A stretch of 64,000 nt of DNA from Octopus sinensis (GCF_006345805.1 NC_043010.1:50592001-50656000), one strand, 5' to 3'; positions 51,901-62,475 are shown, counted from the stretch's first letter. Notes: generated from the sequence alone by a model not told the origin. Made by a program: numbers and translations.

Positions 51901-54180
51901 TTATATGGATCAGTTTTATGATTCATTGTACTCTATGGAAGTTGTGTCATAGTATTAACTTTGTCTTGTAGGTTGCAGTGTTTCAAAGCGGCATGGATGT
52001 CTCTGGTTCTTCACGATGGCTTGAAGTTTCCAAGGACTTACCGCCATTTCTACTCCACACAGAAGATTGATGGTAAAGATGTCCAATGGACACTGGGTGC
52101 CCTCATTCATCGCACAAGATATCTACCTCTCAGGTAAGTCCGTCTAGCCCATACTTTCAAAAAAAAAAAAAATGTTTTGTCTGGTGGAAAGGAATCAACA
52201 TTGATTTCATTAATTGCAACAAGATCTTAAGGGGAAAGATACAGTCACAATCAACTATGCTGTATCATTCTCTCAACTTTCTAAGTCTTGGTTGATCAAA
52301 TTCCATCACTGACATTTAAAAGTTCACAGTTGCTGAATTAATACTGGTTTCAAATTTTGGCACAAGGCCAGCAATTTTGGGAGAGGGTCTAAGATAATTA
52401 CATCAACCTAGTGCTCAATTGGTACTTATTTTATTGACCCTGAATGGGTGTAAGTCAATGTTGAGTCTGGCTGAATTTGAACTCAGAATATAAAGACAAG
52501 CGAAGTGCCTCTTAGTATTTTGCTCATTGTGCTCACAATTCCATCAGCTTGCCACCTTAGTTGCTGAATTTAACATTGGGTATTCTTAACACACAAATTT
52601 GTGTGTGTTTAGGAGAACAACTTTTCCTTTAAATCTGTACTAAAAACTGTTCTAGTTCCATCTACCAGATGAACAAAGAATATTGCTCAGAAATAATGAG
52701 GATATATATGGCTGTCAATGAATGACATACAAGAACAAACATTGACAGAATTCTTTTCATTGTGCATCAATGATGACTTTACACAAATATTACTTTATGC
52801 TGAAGTACCCACTTGAAACAGTAGTAACAAAGAATGGTAAAGAAGAAAGAAGAAAAAAAGTTGAAGGCCATTTGAACATTTTCAAAGAAGAAACACTTAG
52901 TCATGTTTATGTTGTCCCACCAAAGGCAGGAGAACTGTATCATTTAAGAATTTTATTGCATTAAGTTCAAAATAGTAATTTTTCTTTTGCCGCCATGTAT
53001 TGACATTTTCAACTCGGAGTGGTTATGACCCAACGGGTTATGGATACATCTAGTATATATATATATAAGAATATAAAAATAAAATAAATGTTTCCTTCTC
53101 AAGCCATGCCAGGCTACTGAGGGCTGTATATATTCCCCACCTGGATGGGATGCTGGTCCATCACAAGATTACTAATTTTTGCCAGCTGAGTAGGCTGGAG
53201 CAACGTGAAATGAAATGTCGCCTGGTCCAGGAATCGAAATCATAATCTTTTGATCATGAGTCCAACACACTGACCACTAAGCCACATGCCTCCACTATAT
53301 AAGAATAAGACAGCAGAAAATAGTTGAAGATTGAACTTATGAGAACTTAATGTCAAGCAAAAATGAAAGATGAGTTCAAATGTGTGACTGTTTCAAAATT
53401 ATATATCATTTTTGTGTGGTGGTGGTAGTAGTGATGAAGGTCTAATTATGAAGATCATTTTCTGTAGCCTGGTCTAGTCATTGCTGACAATGGGCTATAT
53501 ACATAACAATATTAACTCAGACCAATCAGGCAGCCTCTGGGCAGTCATTTAACCTGGTGAACTTATCTCTTGTAAATCATAGAGCTTATTGTCTTAAAAA
53601 TAAAAATGAGGACATTGGATCATTTAATTCTTGATACTCTATGCCTGACAAAAAAAAGAAAGACAGAAGTCATGCTTATGTTTGAATAATAATAATGCCA
53701 CACTAGTAGGGCCATTGTAATAACCAAGTGCACACTATGAAAATAACCATCATAATCACCATTGATATGTATTTTAATTTATTTTGCAGAGAAATCGAGC
53801 AGATGTCCCCGCATCAGAAAGGCCATGCCTCCAACTGGAATTTCAACCATTCTTACCACTTCTACTATGAATATCTGATTGTGCTCTGCTTTCTGATAGT
53901 GGCAATGGCAGTCATTTTCTACCTGCGCCAGTTGCGGCACCTCCGCTCCCTCTCCTCTATGCCACTGTCACCACAGCCCCCGCCTTCGTCACTCCACGAC
54001 TCCTCTTTGTCATCCACCCCGATTGCACTCAGCGCCGGTTTCGGCGGCAGCACAACTTTGAACCGGGTGTCTTCGTCATCCTACTTCATGCTGGACGAGT
54101 CCTCACCTTCCGGTGGCAAATCTCTTTCAAAGGGAGATTCCACGGGAGGGATCTACTTCAAAAGCTCTGACTATTCTTGA
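23791..54180 (+). CDS. ENTPD4: Spliced ENTPD4/ENTPD7-like ectonucleoside triphosphate diphosphohydrolase (UDPase/LALP type), 10 coding exons, 682 aa (740 aa with the cassette exon)
   Basis: Exons join in frame at GT-AG boundaries (23+437+151+164+152+161+325+83+162+391=2049 nt). Motifs: ACR1 DCGSSGSR, ACR2 LATAGMR, ACR3 TGKQEGVYGW, ACR4 DMGGGSMQ, ACR5 QWTLG. N- and C-terminal TM helices. AEFNLGC and QCFKAAWM match the ENTPD4/7 subfamily as I recall it; ENTPD4 versus ENTPD7 cannot be resolved. Confidence 0.93.
23991..24337. mobile_element. Tigger/pogo-type MITE; inverted related copy at 46865-47170
   Basis: TA flanks, cagtagtatctc-like TIR; internal sequence is the reverse complement of 46865-47170. 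Confidence 0.7.
26195..26590 (-). mobile_element. Tandem pair of SINE family B (other copies 1227-1458, 45228-45450, 52345-52560)
   Basis: Two consecutive reverse-complement units sharing aaaggcaaagtcgacctcggcggaatttgaactcagaacgtaacggcagg. Confidence 0.85.
28369..28805 (+). CDS. ENTPD4: ENTPD4/7-like exon 2 (TM1, ACR1)
   Basis: ctttgcag| acceptor; encodes ITCSWCRYL...CVIIVVILLVLYTIALIMFL...YGIVIDCGSSGSRVYVY...KKITP; G|gtgag donor, phase 1. Confidence 0.93.
28924..29346 (-). mobile_element. SINE family A
   Basis: Full-length copy; explains the 3' part of ORF 28445-29062. Confidence 0.88.
29518..30862 (+). mobile_element. 5'-truncated CR1/L2-group LINE (RT and C-terminal domain) in ENTPD intron 2
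   Basis: DFAKAFDSV, GVPQGSVLGPLLFL, LFADD, VKDLGI, LERVQKLATR, RRRRGDLI, LRGH motifs; one +1 frameshift near 30093 (tccaaagtgc); 3'UTR ending in a (TAAC)4 tail. Confidence 0.93.
31012..31322 (-). mobile_element. SINE family A (internally deleted)
   Basis: Matches the family with a deletion in the 3' half. Confidence 0.85.
31601..31999 (+). mobile_element. SINE family A
   Basis: Full-length plus-strand copy. Confidence 0.88.
32421..32670 (+). mobile_element. SINE family D, tRNA head (minus-strand copies ~26620-26880, 36955-37275, 46255-46590, 53095-53295)
   Basis: gtggcttagtggttagggtg...ggtttcgattcctgg (A/B boxes), then ttgctccagtccactcagctggcaaaaatgagt. Confidence 0.8.
32765..32915 (+). 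CDS. ENTPD4: ENTPD4/7-like exon 3 (ACR2)
   Basis: tttcttgtag| acceptor; GLSTFASNP...LYILATAGMRVLPA; AG|gtaag donor. Confidence 0.95.
33180..33620 (+). mobile_element. SINE family C with RTE-like 3' end and (GAT)n tail (other copies ~12600-12880, 14110-14285, 19115-19400, 20400-20600, 20985-21265, 22468-22860, 41630-41880, 44222-44450, 48010-48290, 58400-58575)
   Basis: ggcgttaggaagggcatccagctgtagaaac...gctagcatggaaagcggacgttaaacgatgatg motif. Confidence 0.82.
34276..34439 (+). CDS. ENTPD4: ENTPD4/7-like exon 4 (ACR3)
   Basis: cttcttgctag| acceptor; SAQASILEELQ...EVITGKQEGVYGWIAVNYILNKFAHGIE; G|gtaag donor, phase 1. Confidence 0.95.
34506..35700 (+). mobile_element. Head-to-tail cluster of 4-5 SINE family B copies (Nin-like domain) separated by (ATT)n
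   Basis: Repeated aaggtggtgagctggcaga...ttctgagttcaaatt...gcctttcatcctttcggggtcgataaa units at ~34506, 34836, 35078, 35318, 35560. Confidence 0.85.
36489..36895 (-). mobile_element. SINE family A
   Basis: Full-length copy. Confidence 0.88.
37786..38130. repeat. 18-20-bp minisatellite, unit caataacacacacaattgcc, ~17 copies
   Basis: Direct tandem units with blocks of variants (acacaga, acatgca, shortened 18-mer). Confidence 0.95.
40068..40241 (+). CDS. ENTPD4: Candidate extra or cassette exon of ENTPD4/7-like (58 aa, Asn/Ser/Thr-rich)
   Basis: Long poly-T tract then ctag| acceptor; G|gtaatt donor; 174 nt, phase 1-1 matching the flanking exons; stop-free VNCDAGTQGENFNTISHVINLSVPPNKVNLSEKTLNGINQQVNSSLTASPVSNSNYST. 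Confidence 0.7.
42640..42712. repeat. (CAT)n microsatellite
   Basis: Long catcatcat run. Confidence 0.95.
45005..45156 (+). CDS. ENTPD4: ENTPD4/7-like exon 5 (ACR4)
   Basis: ttttatag| acceptor; DHPLVVVDV...RRRTVGVIDMGGGSMQIAFEVTKSVKFDFTK; |gtattc donor, phase 0. Confidence 0.95.
45640..46016. mobile_element. Tigger/pogo-type MITE interrupted by a hammerhead-bearing insertion
   Basis: TA-cagtagtacctcggttt ... aaaccaaggtactactg-TA. Confidence 0.8.
45737..45825 (-). ncRNA. Type I hammerhead-like motif with long stem II (second copy, perfect stem III palindrome)
   Basis: Minus strand: GTGCA-a-CTGAAGA-[58 nt]-GAAAC-GATC-GTA^c-TGCAT; ACGATCGT palindrome. Confidence 0.7.
46737..46772 (-). ncRNA. 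Hammerhead-like motif of the same family as 8756, in fragment ~46655-46835
   Basis: Minus strand: CTTT-CTGTAGA-A-GAAC-gtag-GCTT-GAAAC-ATA^AAAG. Confidence 0.55.
47439..47599 (+). CDS. ENTPD4: ENTPD4/7-like exon 6
   Basis: tgttatag| acceptor; EDLAKDLMAEFNLGC...YVSTFLGFGANSARRRYE; AG|gtgtg donor. Confidence 0.95.
48814..49138 (+). CDS. ENTPD4: ENTPD4/7-like exon 7
   Basis: ccttttag| acceptor; PDPCLPLG...CSMNGIYQ...EFYGFSEFWYSMEDVYRIGGHYN; |gtatgt donor. Confidence 0.95.
49630..50120 (+). mobile_element. Degenerate RTE-clade LINE RT fragment
   Basis: Translates VGIHQDSVLSPILF...WELLYADDLALIAES...LRVNLAKTKV...WPCSICRK...CTQCKLW, with stops and indels. Confidence 0.85.
50201..50283 (+). CDS. 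ENTPD4: ENTPD4/7-like exon 8
   Basis: atttcag| acceptor; KHCSTRWAKLEEWFLKKLYPKSDILRLK; AA|gtatg donor. Confidence 0.92.
50645..51030 (-). mobile_element. SINE family A (further partial or old copies ~5215-5310, 8010-8218, 11600-11735, 14306-14680, 19600-19750, 25255-26045, 58585-58730, 60790-61120)
   Basis: Shared family motifs. Confidence 0.85.
51972..52133 (+). CDS. ENTPD4: ENTPD4/7-like exon 9 (ACR5)
   Basis: tcttgtag| acceptor; LQCFKAAWMSLVLHDG...DVQWTLGALIHRTRYLPLR; AG|gtaag donor. Absent from the ORF track in this frame. Confidence 0.95.
52655..53053 (+). mobile_element. Internally deleted Helitron: Rep/helicase linker fragment plus intact 3' terminus
   Basis: HLPDEQ / TLTEFFSLC...LLYAEVP / HVYVVPPKAGELYHLRILLH; hairpin ATGACCC-aac-GGGTTAT (53025-53041), then CTAG (53050-53053) followed by T. 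Confidence 0.85.
53790..54180 (+). CDS. ENTPD4: ENTPD4/7-like terminal coding exon (TM2 and Ser-rich tail)
   Basis: attttgcag| acceptor; EIEQMS...YLIVLCFLIVAMAVIFYLRQLR...SSDYS; TGA at 54178-54180. Confidence 0.93.
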
Positions 54181-54234
54181 CAACAGTATCAGCATAACTA
54201 AGAATTAACAACAACACATTTAAAGTTTCTCCTC

Positions 54235-54600
54235 CTGCTGCTGCTGTTGCTGCTACTGCTGCTTTCCCTCTCCACCCTCTCCACCTCATTCCCACCATCA
54301 CTACCACCACCATCATCATCACCATCAACGACTCACCACTGCTGCATCTATTTATAAAGTAGTTTCTGCAACTGCACTCCAACAGAAGCGCAGCGGCTGC
54401 AGACAATAACAACATCAGCAACTACTATTACTATTACTACTACTACTACTGTTTATGCAATAGCTACTACTATAATTGTCAAATATCGGCAACAACAAAA
54501 GCAACTATTAAAAGGAGCTTTATATACTACTACTACTACTATTACTATAATTATTACTACTGCTACTTCTACTACTACTACTACTACTACTACTATTAGA
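54235..54600 (+). repeat. Mixed trinucleotide repeats (CTG, CAC/CAT, CAA, CTA) in the presumed ENTPD 3'UTR
   Basis: Starts ~55 nt after the stop; AATAAA at 54674 and 54949 are possible polyA signals. Confidence 0.75.
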
Positions 54601-56945
54601 ACATTGGTGACCTTCACCTCTCTACCTCTCTTAGATGATTCCATAAGCAATTGGTTATCTTACTAAAAGTGGAAATAAACCTGTCACCGATGTTGTTGAA
54701 GACAAAATAATAGTGTGGAAACGTGTGGGGAAGGATCATTTGGTGGCATTGATGGGCCTTTGGTGGTGAGAAAGGTTGTGATGGTGGGCATGTGTATATA
54801 TATATATAAATATATATACATGTGTGTTTGTATGAGTATGTATATATGTGTGCGCGTGTGTGTGAAATACTAACATTTTTTAACATGAAGTGCTGTTAGA
54901 CATGCGTGCACACATACACACACACACAAGGTATATGCATGAATATACAATAAAGATCTGGATTTCTTTTTCCCTATTGAAGAACATTTATACACATACA
55001 TTAGTGAAAAATATGTGTATATGTATGTGTGTTGTATTTTATATATATGTGTGTGTGTATATATATATATATATATAAATGTGTGTACAAACATGCACAC
55101 ATACACACAGCCACCTTTATGCATATAGTGGGATATTAGGGCATTTGTATGTGTATATATATATGCATATACATTGTTGGGGTATTGGTTCTATGAAGTT
55201 TAAGTTTTATTTACTGTTGGGTTGTTGTGTCTGTGATATATATATTTGTGTATGTGTGTATGCGTATATGTATATATGCACTGGTGAAATGCAAATACTG
55301 TATAGTGTATATTATACTCTAATTTTTTAATGACAATTGTGTGTGTTTGTGTGACAGAGAGAGAGAAAAAGAGAAATCACGATCAATATATGTTAATCTG
55401 TATTTCTCCTGTCGTAGTGTATTGAATAACCAACTTGAAAGTGATAACAAATGTTTTACAAAATATTTAAAAAAAACAAAAAACACTCCCCACCTTCCTT
55501 TCCTGAATACTATTTTATTTAAAATATCAACTGTTAGATGTAGCCTGACTATTCAGATGAGAAAGCGAAGTTAGAGATGTGGAGATAAACAACTGGGTTG
55601 GCTGTAATTAGGGGGTTGAATTTCAATGATCACATGAGAAACTTTGTATAGTATTTATATCAGGATGCTGATAGGATAGCTATCGGTATTTTCTTGTAAC
55701 TAGAGTTACTGGTCACTACATCGATACAGCAACAGACTTAGTGATCAGAATAATTGAAAATTTGTATCTTGTCATCAGCACTGCACAGTGTCCATTTATC
55801 ATGACTCTTAGCAGTCCACATGGCTTTAAATAGGTATCAAGGGTATCACTGCTAAATAACAGCAGAGCATAATTGATTTATTACATAAGTACAAGTCCAC
55901 AAAGATAGGGGGGGGGGATAATTGATGGAGTTGATTCACAGTCCTCAATTACTACTTGTTTTTATTGACCCTGAAGGGAAGACAAAGTGGATTTAATAGT
56001 TTAATAACTTTATTGATTGACCCTAGTGTAACATTTTTCTTTAAAACTAGTAATCACAGAGAAATAGCTAGCAATCTCTTGAGTTACCTTGAGGTTTTAT
56101 GTCTGATATGCTTGCAATCATTGAAGCAATAAAAGCATCTGCTAGAAAGGCTGGCAAAATATAGACAAAAGTAACTAAAAAGAGACTTCTTGGGCAAGTA
56201 TTTTATACCATAGCCTGGGGTTTACCAAAGCCTTGTGGGTAAAAATTAGCAGAGAGAAAAGAAATAGAAACCCATCATTAACATCCTCCACTGAATCATT
56301 GAATAACTTTAGCAGAGTCTCCTCTCTTGCAAGCTTTCAAGCCTGGCCTCTGGGGATAATATCTTGCCTTGTTAGCACCTGTCTCAGGGGCTCTGAAAAG
56401 GGTCATGGATACTACATTTCCTCCTTTCAAGTTGTCATTTAAAGTCATTTGTTTCACCATGGAGAAAATGGTAAAAAAATATTACTGTATTGAAGGTATA
56501 AAAGACACATTAGCATTTTAGATAGATACATCCCAATTTCAGCAGCACTTATTTAAGATGAAAGGGGAGTGTTATGGATAAAATTAGCTTCTGGGAAGCT
56601 ATAAGACCCTGAAGGATTTTTTTAAACAACTTTTTGGGTGGGGGTGAAAAAGTGCAATTTACATACATCCAATACGGTTATGAAATCAGAGTATGATAAA
56701 TATGTTACCTCAGTGATTAATACAAAATATATTCTTCTTGGAGTTTACATCTCCCTCTTTTAGAAAAAAAGAAAAAAAACTTTTTTTATACATATTAAAT
56801 TTTAATGTTGTAATAGATGTCAAATAATTCGTAATACTTCTTAGATTTTAGAATGCAGGGAAATATATTGGCTAAAACTGGCTAACCTTGCTTCCTTATT
56901 GATAACTTCTGTATAGCATCTAGATTCAAACCACTGTTTATAAAG

Positions 56946-57323
56946 TAGCAGTTTTCAACCGGGGTCTATATGGATCTTGGGGGAAGGGGGTCTCCATAAG
57001 CAAAATAGTAAACTGGGGACCCACAGTAATATTTTAAGGATCCATGAAAAAATTTTGCTTTAGATGTATTTATTGCAGGAGACAGCTAAGTTTCTTTCTC
57101 TATTATTCTGCACAGTTCAAAATATTTATGGTCACTGAAACATGTTCTCTGAGATAGTGATATGCCACTCCTACACAAGGGAATGTGTGAAAAACAAAAG
57201 AATTTTGAAAGAATTATCTATAAAACTAGTTTTTAAACATTGAATGGCTATGGGGGTACACCAGAATGCGATAGTAGTGAAAGGGGTCCTCTGATAGAAA
57301 AAAAATGTGGTTGAGAACCCCTG
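56946..57323. mobile_element. hAT (Charlie-like) MITE
   Basis: Perfect 8-bp TSD TTATAAAG (56938-56945 and 57324-57331); right TIR ggttgagaacccctg. Confidence 0.88.
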
Positions 57324-58795
57324 TTATAAAGCATGAGCATATTTAATGATCTAAGCATTAAAAAAAAGGCTGGAGTACACAAAACAATAATTATTAGTTA
57401 ATGGCTCATTTCTATTACTTTTGACAAACAAGGAAGACAACTCCGGACACATCTTCACCTTGTGGAACTACAGTACGATTTTTCCATAAATTGCTCTAGT
57501 GTTAGTGAGCCAATTGCTAAATAAACATTACTTAATCGTGCATTTGTAGATATCGATTTAAAAAATATTCATATAGAATACCATCCGAGTGATAATTAGC
57601 TATATTGGTATGGGCAAAACTGGTAAAAAAAAAAATGACAAAATATCTCCATTGACATGAACGGGAGACAATTCTGAATTGCCTAGCTCCACACGTTTTG
57701 TTGACATTAACTTGAAATCATTTCATTACATTTTATTTTTAAAAAATTTTTTACAGCCATCGTTATTAATTAGATTGTTCTTAAAATCCAGACATTGGAT
57801 AGTTTTTTTTTTTTGTTTCTTTTTAGCAAGACATTTATTAAGTGTGCTTATTTGTTGTCTTCTCCGGAACTTTTAAAATTGCCAGTCAGAAAGATAATAC
57901 AATTGTACTAATTATTATCTTTTTGTCTTCTCAACCAGTATGACTAAGGGTAGTTATGAACCCAAGCGGGAACCTCTCTGAAATTGTTCGAAGAGATCTC
58001 CCTCAAAATCTTGCCTTACCATCTTAAGAATAATTACACATGGAATAATTTGATCAAATGGACCGTGACAAGGAAAGGTATGGGATGATCACAACAGGAA
58101 TGCATTTGATCATAAGCCTACTAGATCAAGGCTAACCTAGTGATAAACTACAGCTAAAGTTGATTAAATTCTTGGTTCAAGTCTCTTAAGCAGTGTCTCT
58201 TTCTTTACTGAAACTCGTGTATGTTTTTAAGTTTTAAGGGGATTAACATTCCTGATACAGTAGGTGCAACTGCATAGTTCAATCCTGTAGTATAGCACTT
58301 TAATGAAATGTTTTCTATCATAGCACCAGGTTGATCAATGCCTTTTATGTGGTAATTTTGTTGAGAGAAACTACAGAAGTTTGTTACGCCCCTGCCCTTC
58401 TCAAAATTCCTTGCCTTGCAAGTTACTTGGTGACCCTGCCAGTGCTGGTGACATGTAAAAAGCATCCAGTCCACACTTAGTTGTGGTTGGCATTTGGAAG
58501 GGCATCCAGCTGTAAAGATCATGCTAAAACTAACCTCACCTGTGCTAGTGCCACATAAAAAGCACTGGTGCTAGGAAGGGCTGTAACTTAGTGGTTTGGC
58601 AAAAGAGACTGATAGAATAAGTACTAGGCTCACAAAGAATAAGTCCTGGGGTCAATTTCTTCGACTAACACCCTTTAAGGCAGTGCTCCAGCATGGCCAC
58701 AGTCAGATGACTGAAACAAGTAAAAGAATACATATACGTTTGTGTGTATATAGATTTGTATTGTAATATATGGATTCAGAGAATTATTAAATAGA

Positions 58796-58943
58796 TGTCC
58801 AGTCATAGAGTGACCAATGGTTTTGCGTCCATAAATCACTTAGCTTTATAGACCACTTGTCTCTGCCATTACAGTCTGACAAGTCATCTATAAAGTCAAT
58901 CACTTTATGGATGCAGAACCAGTAGTCACTCTATGACTGGACA
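58796..58943. mobile_element. Foldback MITE; related copy at 44541-44663
   Basis: ~40-bp TIR tgtccagtcatagagtgacca..ggttttgcgtccataaa / tttatggatgcagaacc..agtcactctatgactggaca. Confidence 0.75.
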
Positions 58944-59011
58944 TATTTAACTGCATGTAAATACATTAGTGCTCTATCGTTTAGAGTGTGCTTTTTAGTT
59001 TCATATATATA

Positions 59012-59397
59012 CTAGCGGTATTGCTCGAGTTTGTAAGGGAAATAACTATATAAGCATTTTTAGAGATGTAAAGTATAATAGCCATCTCCATATGGCTAAC
59101 CACAAAGGGGGGGGGGTGTTACTGTAGCTTTTTACGTTCTGAGATTTAATAATAAATTTTTAGAGAGTTACTTCCCTTATATATGCCAAAAATGCATTAA
59201 AAAATGGGAAAACTTTATGGTAAATTTTTTTTAAATCATAGACTCATCGTAGACGCGCGCTAATACCCAGAAGGGCTCGATATGAATCACGACTATAAGA
59301 TACCGGGTTTTGGTTAAACTGCACCGCAAAATGTGGGAGTAAGGAATTTAAATCGTAGGAGACAGACAGCATACAACCTCTCTTTTATATATAAAGA
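59012..59397 (-). mobile_element. Non-autonomous Helitron-like element
   Basis: On the minus strand it begins TC, ends CTAG and sits between A and T; subterminal gtctgtct microsatellite-like motif. Confidence 0.7.
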
Positions 59398-59411
59398 TAT
59401 ATATATATATA

Positions 59412-59488
59412 TAGGGCGTCCATAAATTATCTTTACAACTTCCAAACTTTTAATCTCAATATTGTAAAGGGACTTTATGGACACCCTG
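59412..59488. mobile_element. Tiny Tc1/mariner MITE (77 bp); a half copy starts at 9812
   Basis: TIR (c/t)aggg(t/c)gtccataaa ... tttatggacaccctg, TA on both flanks. Confidence 0.8.
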
Positions 59489-60233
59489 TATGATCCACTG
59501 ACGATATGTGTGTATGTATATGTATGTATGTGTATATATATATATATATATACAAACATCTACATTTATGCATGCTTGACAATCAGTGTTGGTTTGTTCG
59601 TACCTCAGTAACTTTAGCAGTTCAACAAAATAGAATAATTACCAGACTTACAAAAACACAACCTACTATAATTTCAGAGCTGTACCCCTAGCATAGCCAT
59701 AGTCCAATGACTGAAATAAATTAAAAATAACAGATAACTGATAAGTTTGATATTCAAAATATAATGCTTGTTGGTGATTTATTCTATCCACAGGGAGAAA
59801 TACAGAGACATTTATTTGCAATTGTCACTATACAGTGATGGCTGTGATGTGTTTTGGGAAAAAAAGGCTTAACTTCTATTATGTTATAATTATAGTAGAG
59901 AATGAACGCTGTGTAAATGCATAATTAATGACCAGATTTGAATAAATTACCAAGTTAGCTCTGTTTATGCAAATTGAACTAATCAAGTCAGCAAACTCAT
60001 AATATATTTTTGCATATATCTGTATGTGTATGTTCCTTTTATGTAATGAGATGTGTAATCGAGTGTCTTTATATATATATATGTGTATGTATGTATATAT
60101 ATATATATTTATTTATATATATATATGTGTATGTATATATATATTTATTTATATATATATGTGTATGTATATATATATGTGTATGTATATATATTTATAT
60201 ATATATATATATATATATATACATACATACATA

Positions 60234-60439
60234 CATGGGGGTGCTAAAAAGTTCCTCGCTTTGGTAAAAGAAAATACAGAGAGATCAGTTAACTAAATAT
60301 ATTCCCCTCTCAGATTCATACACTTATTGCAGTGGTCCTTCAGTTTTTTTAAGCCCTGTAAAAGAACTCAGAGGGTTAGGTCTTCAACCAGGCCTTTTTA
60401 CAATACCCTTAAAGCCAGGAACTTTTCAGCACCCTTTCA
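60234..60439. mobile_element. Mariner-type MITE
   Basis: TIR gggtgctaaaaagttcctcgcttt / aaagccaggaacttttcagcaccc, TA flanks. Confidence 0.75.
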
Positions 60440-61656
60440 TATTGAGATACAAATTAGAAAAAAAGTTTGATATTATTTATATACCATTACACATGTTTCA
60501 TCGCCTAATAGGAACATGTACAAACATATATATGTATATATATGATGCAGGTGAAGTAAATCAAAATGTCAAAACCAGGTTGTGGTCATCTTATTGTTAC
60601 TTGATCACACACATCCATTAGAATTGAAAAAGAATCTCTTATGCTGTGTATTGGCAGTGTACAACATTTTTATTTTCTTTTACTTTTTGTTATTTTCATT
60701 TTTGTAAACTTTTTTTTTTTCATCTCAAACATTTTTACATCTTCTGTTCCATATGATAGGTGTATGCCTGGTTGAGTGGTTACGAAGCTCACTTTGCAAT
60801 ATTTTAGGAAAGTGTCTTCTACTATAACCCTGGGGCCAGCCAATACCTTGCGAGTGAATTTGGTAGATGGAAGTTGTGTGGAATAATTGTGCATGCATGC
60901 GTGTGTGTTTATGTTTGATTTTGTTTCCACCCACCCACCGTTTGATAACCAGTGTTGGTTTGTTTACGTCGCCATCACTTTGTAGTGCAGCAAGAGAGCC
61001 TGTAAGAATTAGTACCAGACTTTAAAAACATAAAATTAGTACTCAGATCGATTTATTCGACAAAACCCTTCGTGGCAGTACCCCAGTGTGGCTGCAGTCC
61101 AATGACACAAACTAATCAAAATATAAAAGAAATAAGAAAAAAGATTGTAGCAGCCTAATTTCAGCAGGGTTTTCCTGTATAATTTGCTTGTCCCTTCCCT
61201 TTTTTTCCTTTCCATTTTTTTAAAGAAAAATCAAACAAGCCATTCTTATGATTCGAACACTGTGAGGCAATGGTACCTATTTATCAGCTAGGATTTCTTG
61301 AGACAAGAACAGTAACGTTTCCTTGACTGTGAACTCTATGCAACGTCAGTGTATGGCTGGATATGTCGTCATGAACTTTTAACTAATGCATTAATCAATT
61401 ATTTCATTCTGAAGACCAAGGGCAAGGGTGTCCACCTTGTTAACTAGATGTCTTGTCCTACTAAGTTGTCACTGCTGATAGAACAACCAGACTTTCTTCA
61501 CCTGCATCCACCAGAAAATATCTCATCTTTCCAGGCAGGTCTGTAATTTTCTAAACAGACACAAACACACACACACACACACATTTTTATATACAAATAC
61601 ACCCATCGTTCTCTAATGTGGTTCTATGCTGGGGCACTATTACAAAGCACATTTAC

Positions 61657-62071
61657 GATCTTTTCGGTTTGAACTGCAGTTTTTTCTAGCGGTGTCTTTG
61701 AAATTGTCACCCATAATTATGACCCTAGTATCGATCTATTGCATTTCAATGTGTTTTAGGGTTAGGGTTAGGGGTGGGGGGAAGGGTATCTTTTTTTTTC
61801 TTCACAAATGTAAATAAACCCAATCTGTTTCTTAAACGAGGGACATATTCATACAGCACAGAATGTTTTCACCTCGAATAGACATCACTGATTGGTTGAA
61901 ATTGCAGAAATTGAAGAAAAAACAGCAAATATCTTACAAACTATAGAATTTTCTCAATAAAGCCAAGAGAAAAAGATGTTTTATAAACATATTCTACCAG
62001 TATATGAAGTTTAAAATTTTTTAGTTACCTAGAAATTATGTTAAAAACTGCCGTTCAAACCGAAAAGATCC
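61657..62071. mobile_element. Mutator-like MITE with 9-bp TSD
   Basis: TIR gatcttttcggtttgaac(t/g)gcagtttt at both ends; TSD CACATTTAC at 61648-61656 and 62072-62080. Confidence 0.85.
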
Positions 62072-62158
62072 CACATTTACATATATTTATACATACTTAA
62101 ATTCTTCTACTGAAACTTTCTAATATACATAAGCATGCATGTACTCATACATATCATT

Positions 62159-62189
<31 letters not shown>

Positions 62190-62411
62190 TGCTGCTTTAG
62201 TGTAGTGCCATCATGGTGGATGGAGCTCTACTACAAGGCACTTGTACGCACATACATAACACTTCTCTATGGAAGCTTTCTCTGATGTAAATTACATAAA
62301 TACATACATATATATATATGTATTTTAAGTTCAGTTATGATAAAACACAATTTTACATTAATCTGATGAAATACTCTTAAACAATAATGTTGATAAACAT
62401 CAATTTCAAAG

Positions 62412-62475
62412 TCTCAGCTTGTTAAGCCATCATCAGGCTTTCTGATGATGGTTCAACTGGTTGAAACTTCAAAGT
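62412..62475. ncRNA. Divergent pair of decayed hammerhead-like motifs
   Basis: Plus: CTTT-CTGATGA-T-ggttcaactggtt-GAAAC-TTC^AAAG. Minus: CTGATGA-T-GGCT-taaca-AGCT-GAGAC. Inverted repeat CCATCATCAG-gcttt-CTGATGATGG. Confidence 0.55.

Noticed and set aside
54178-54204. TGA-C stop context suggesting readthrough or selenocysteine
   Set aside because: Only six codons follow before TAA; no CUAG motif or SECIS recognised
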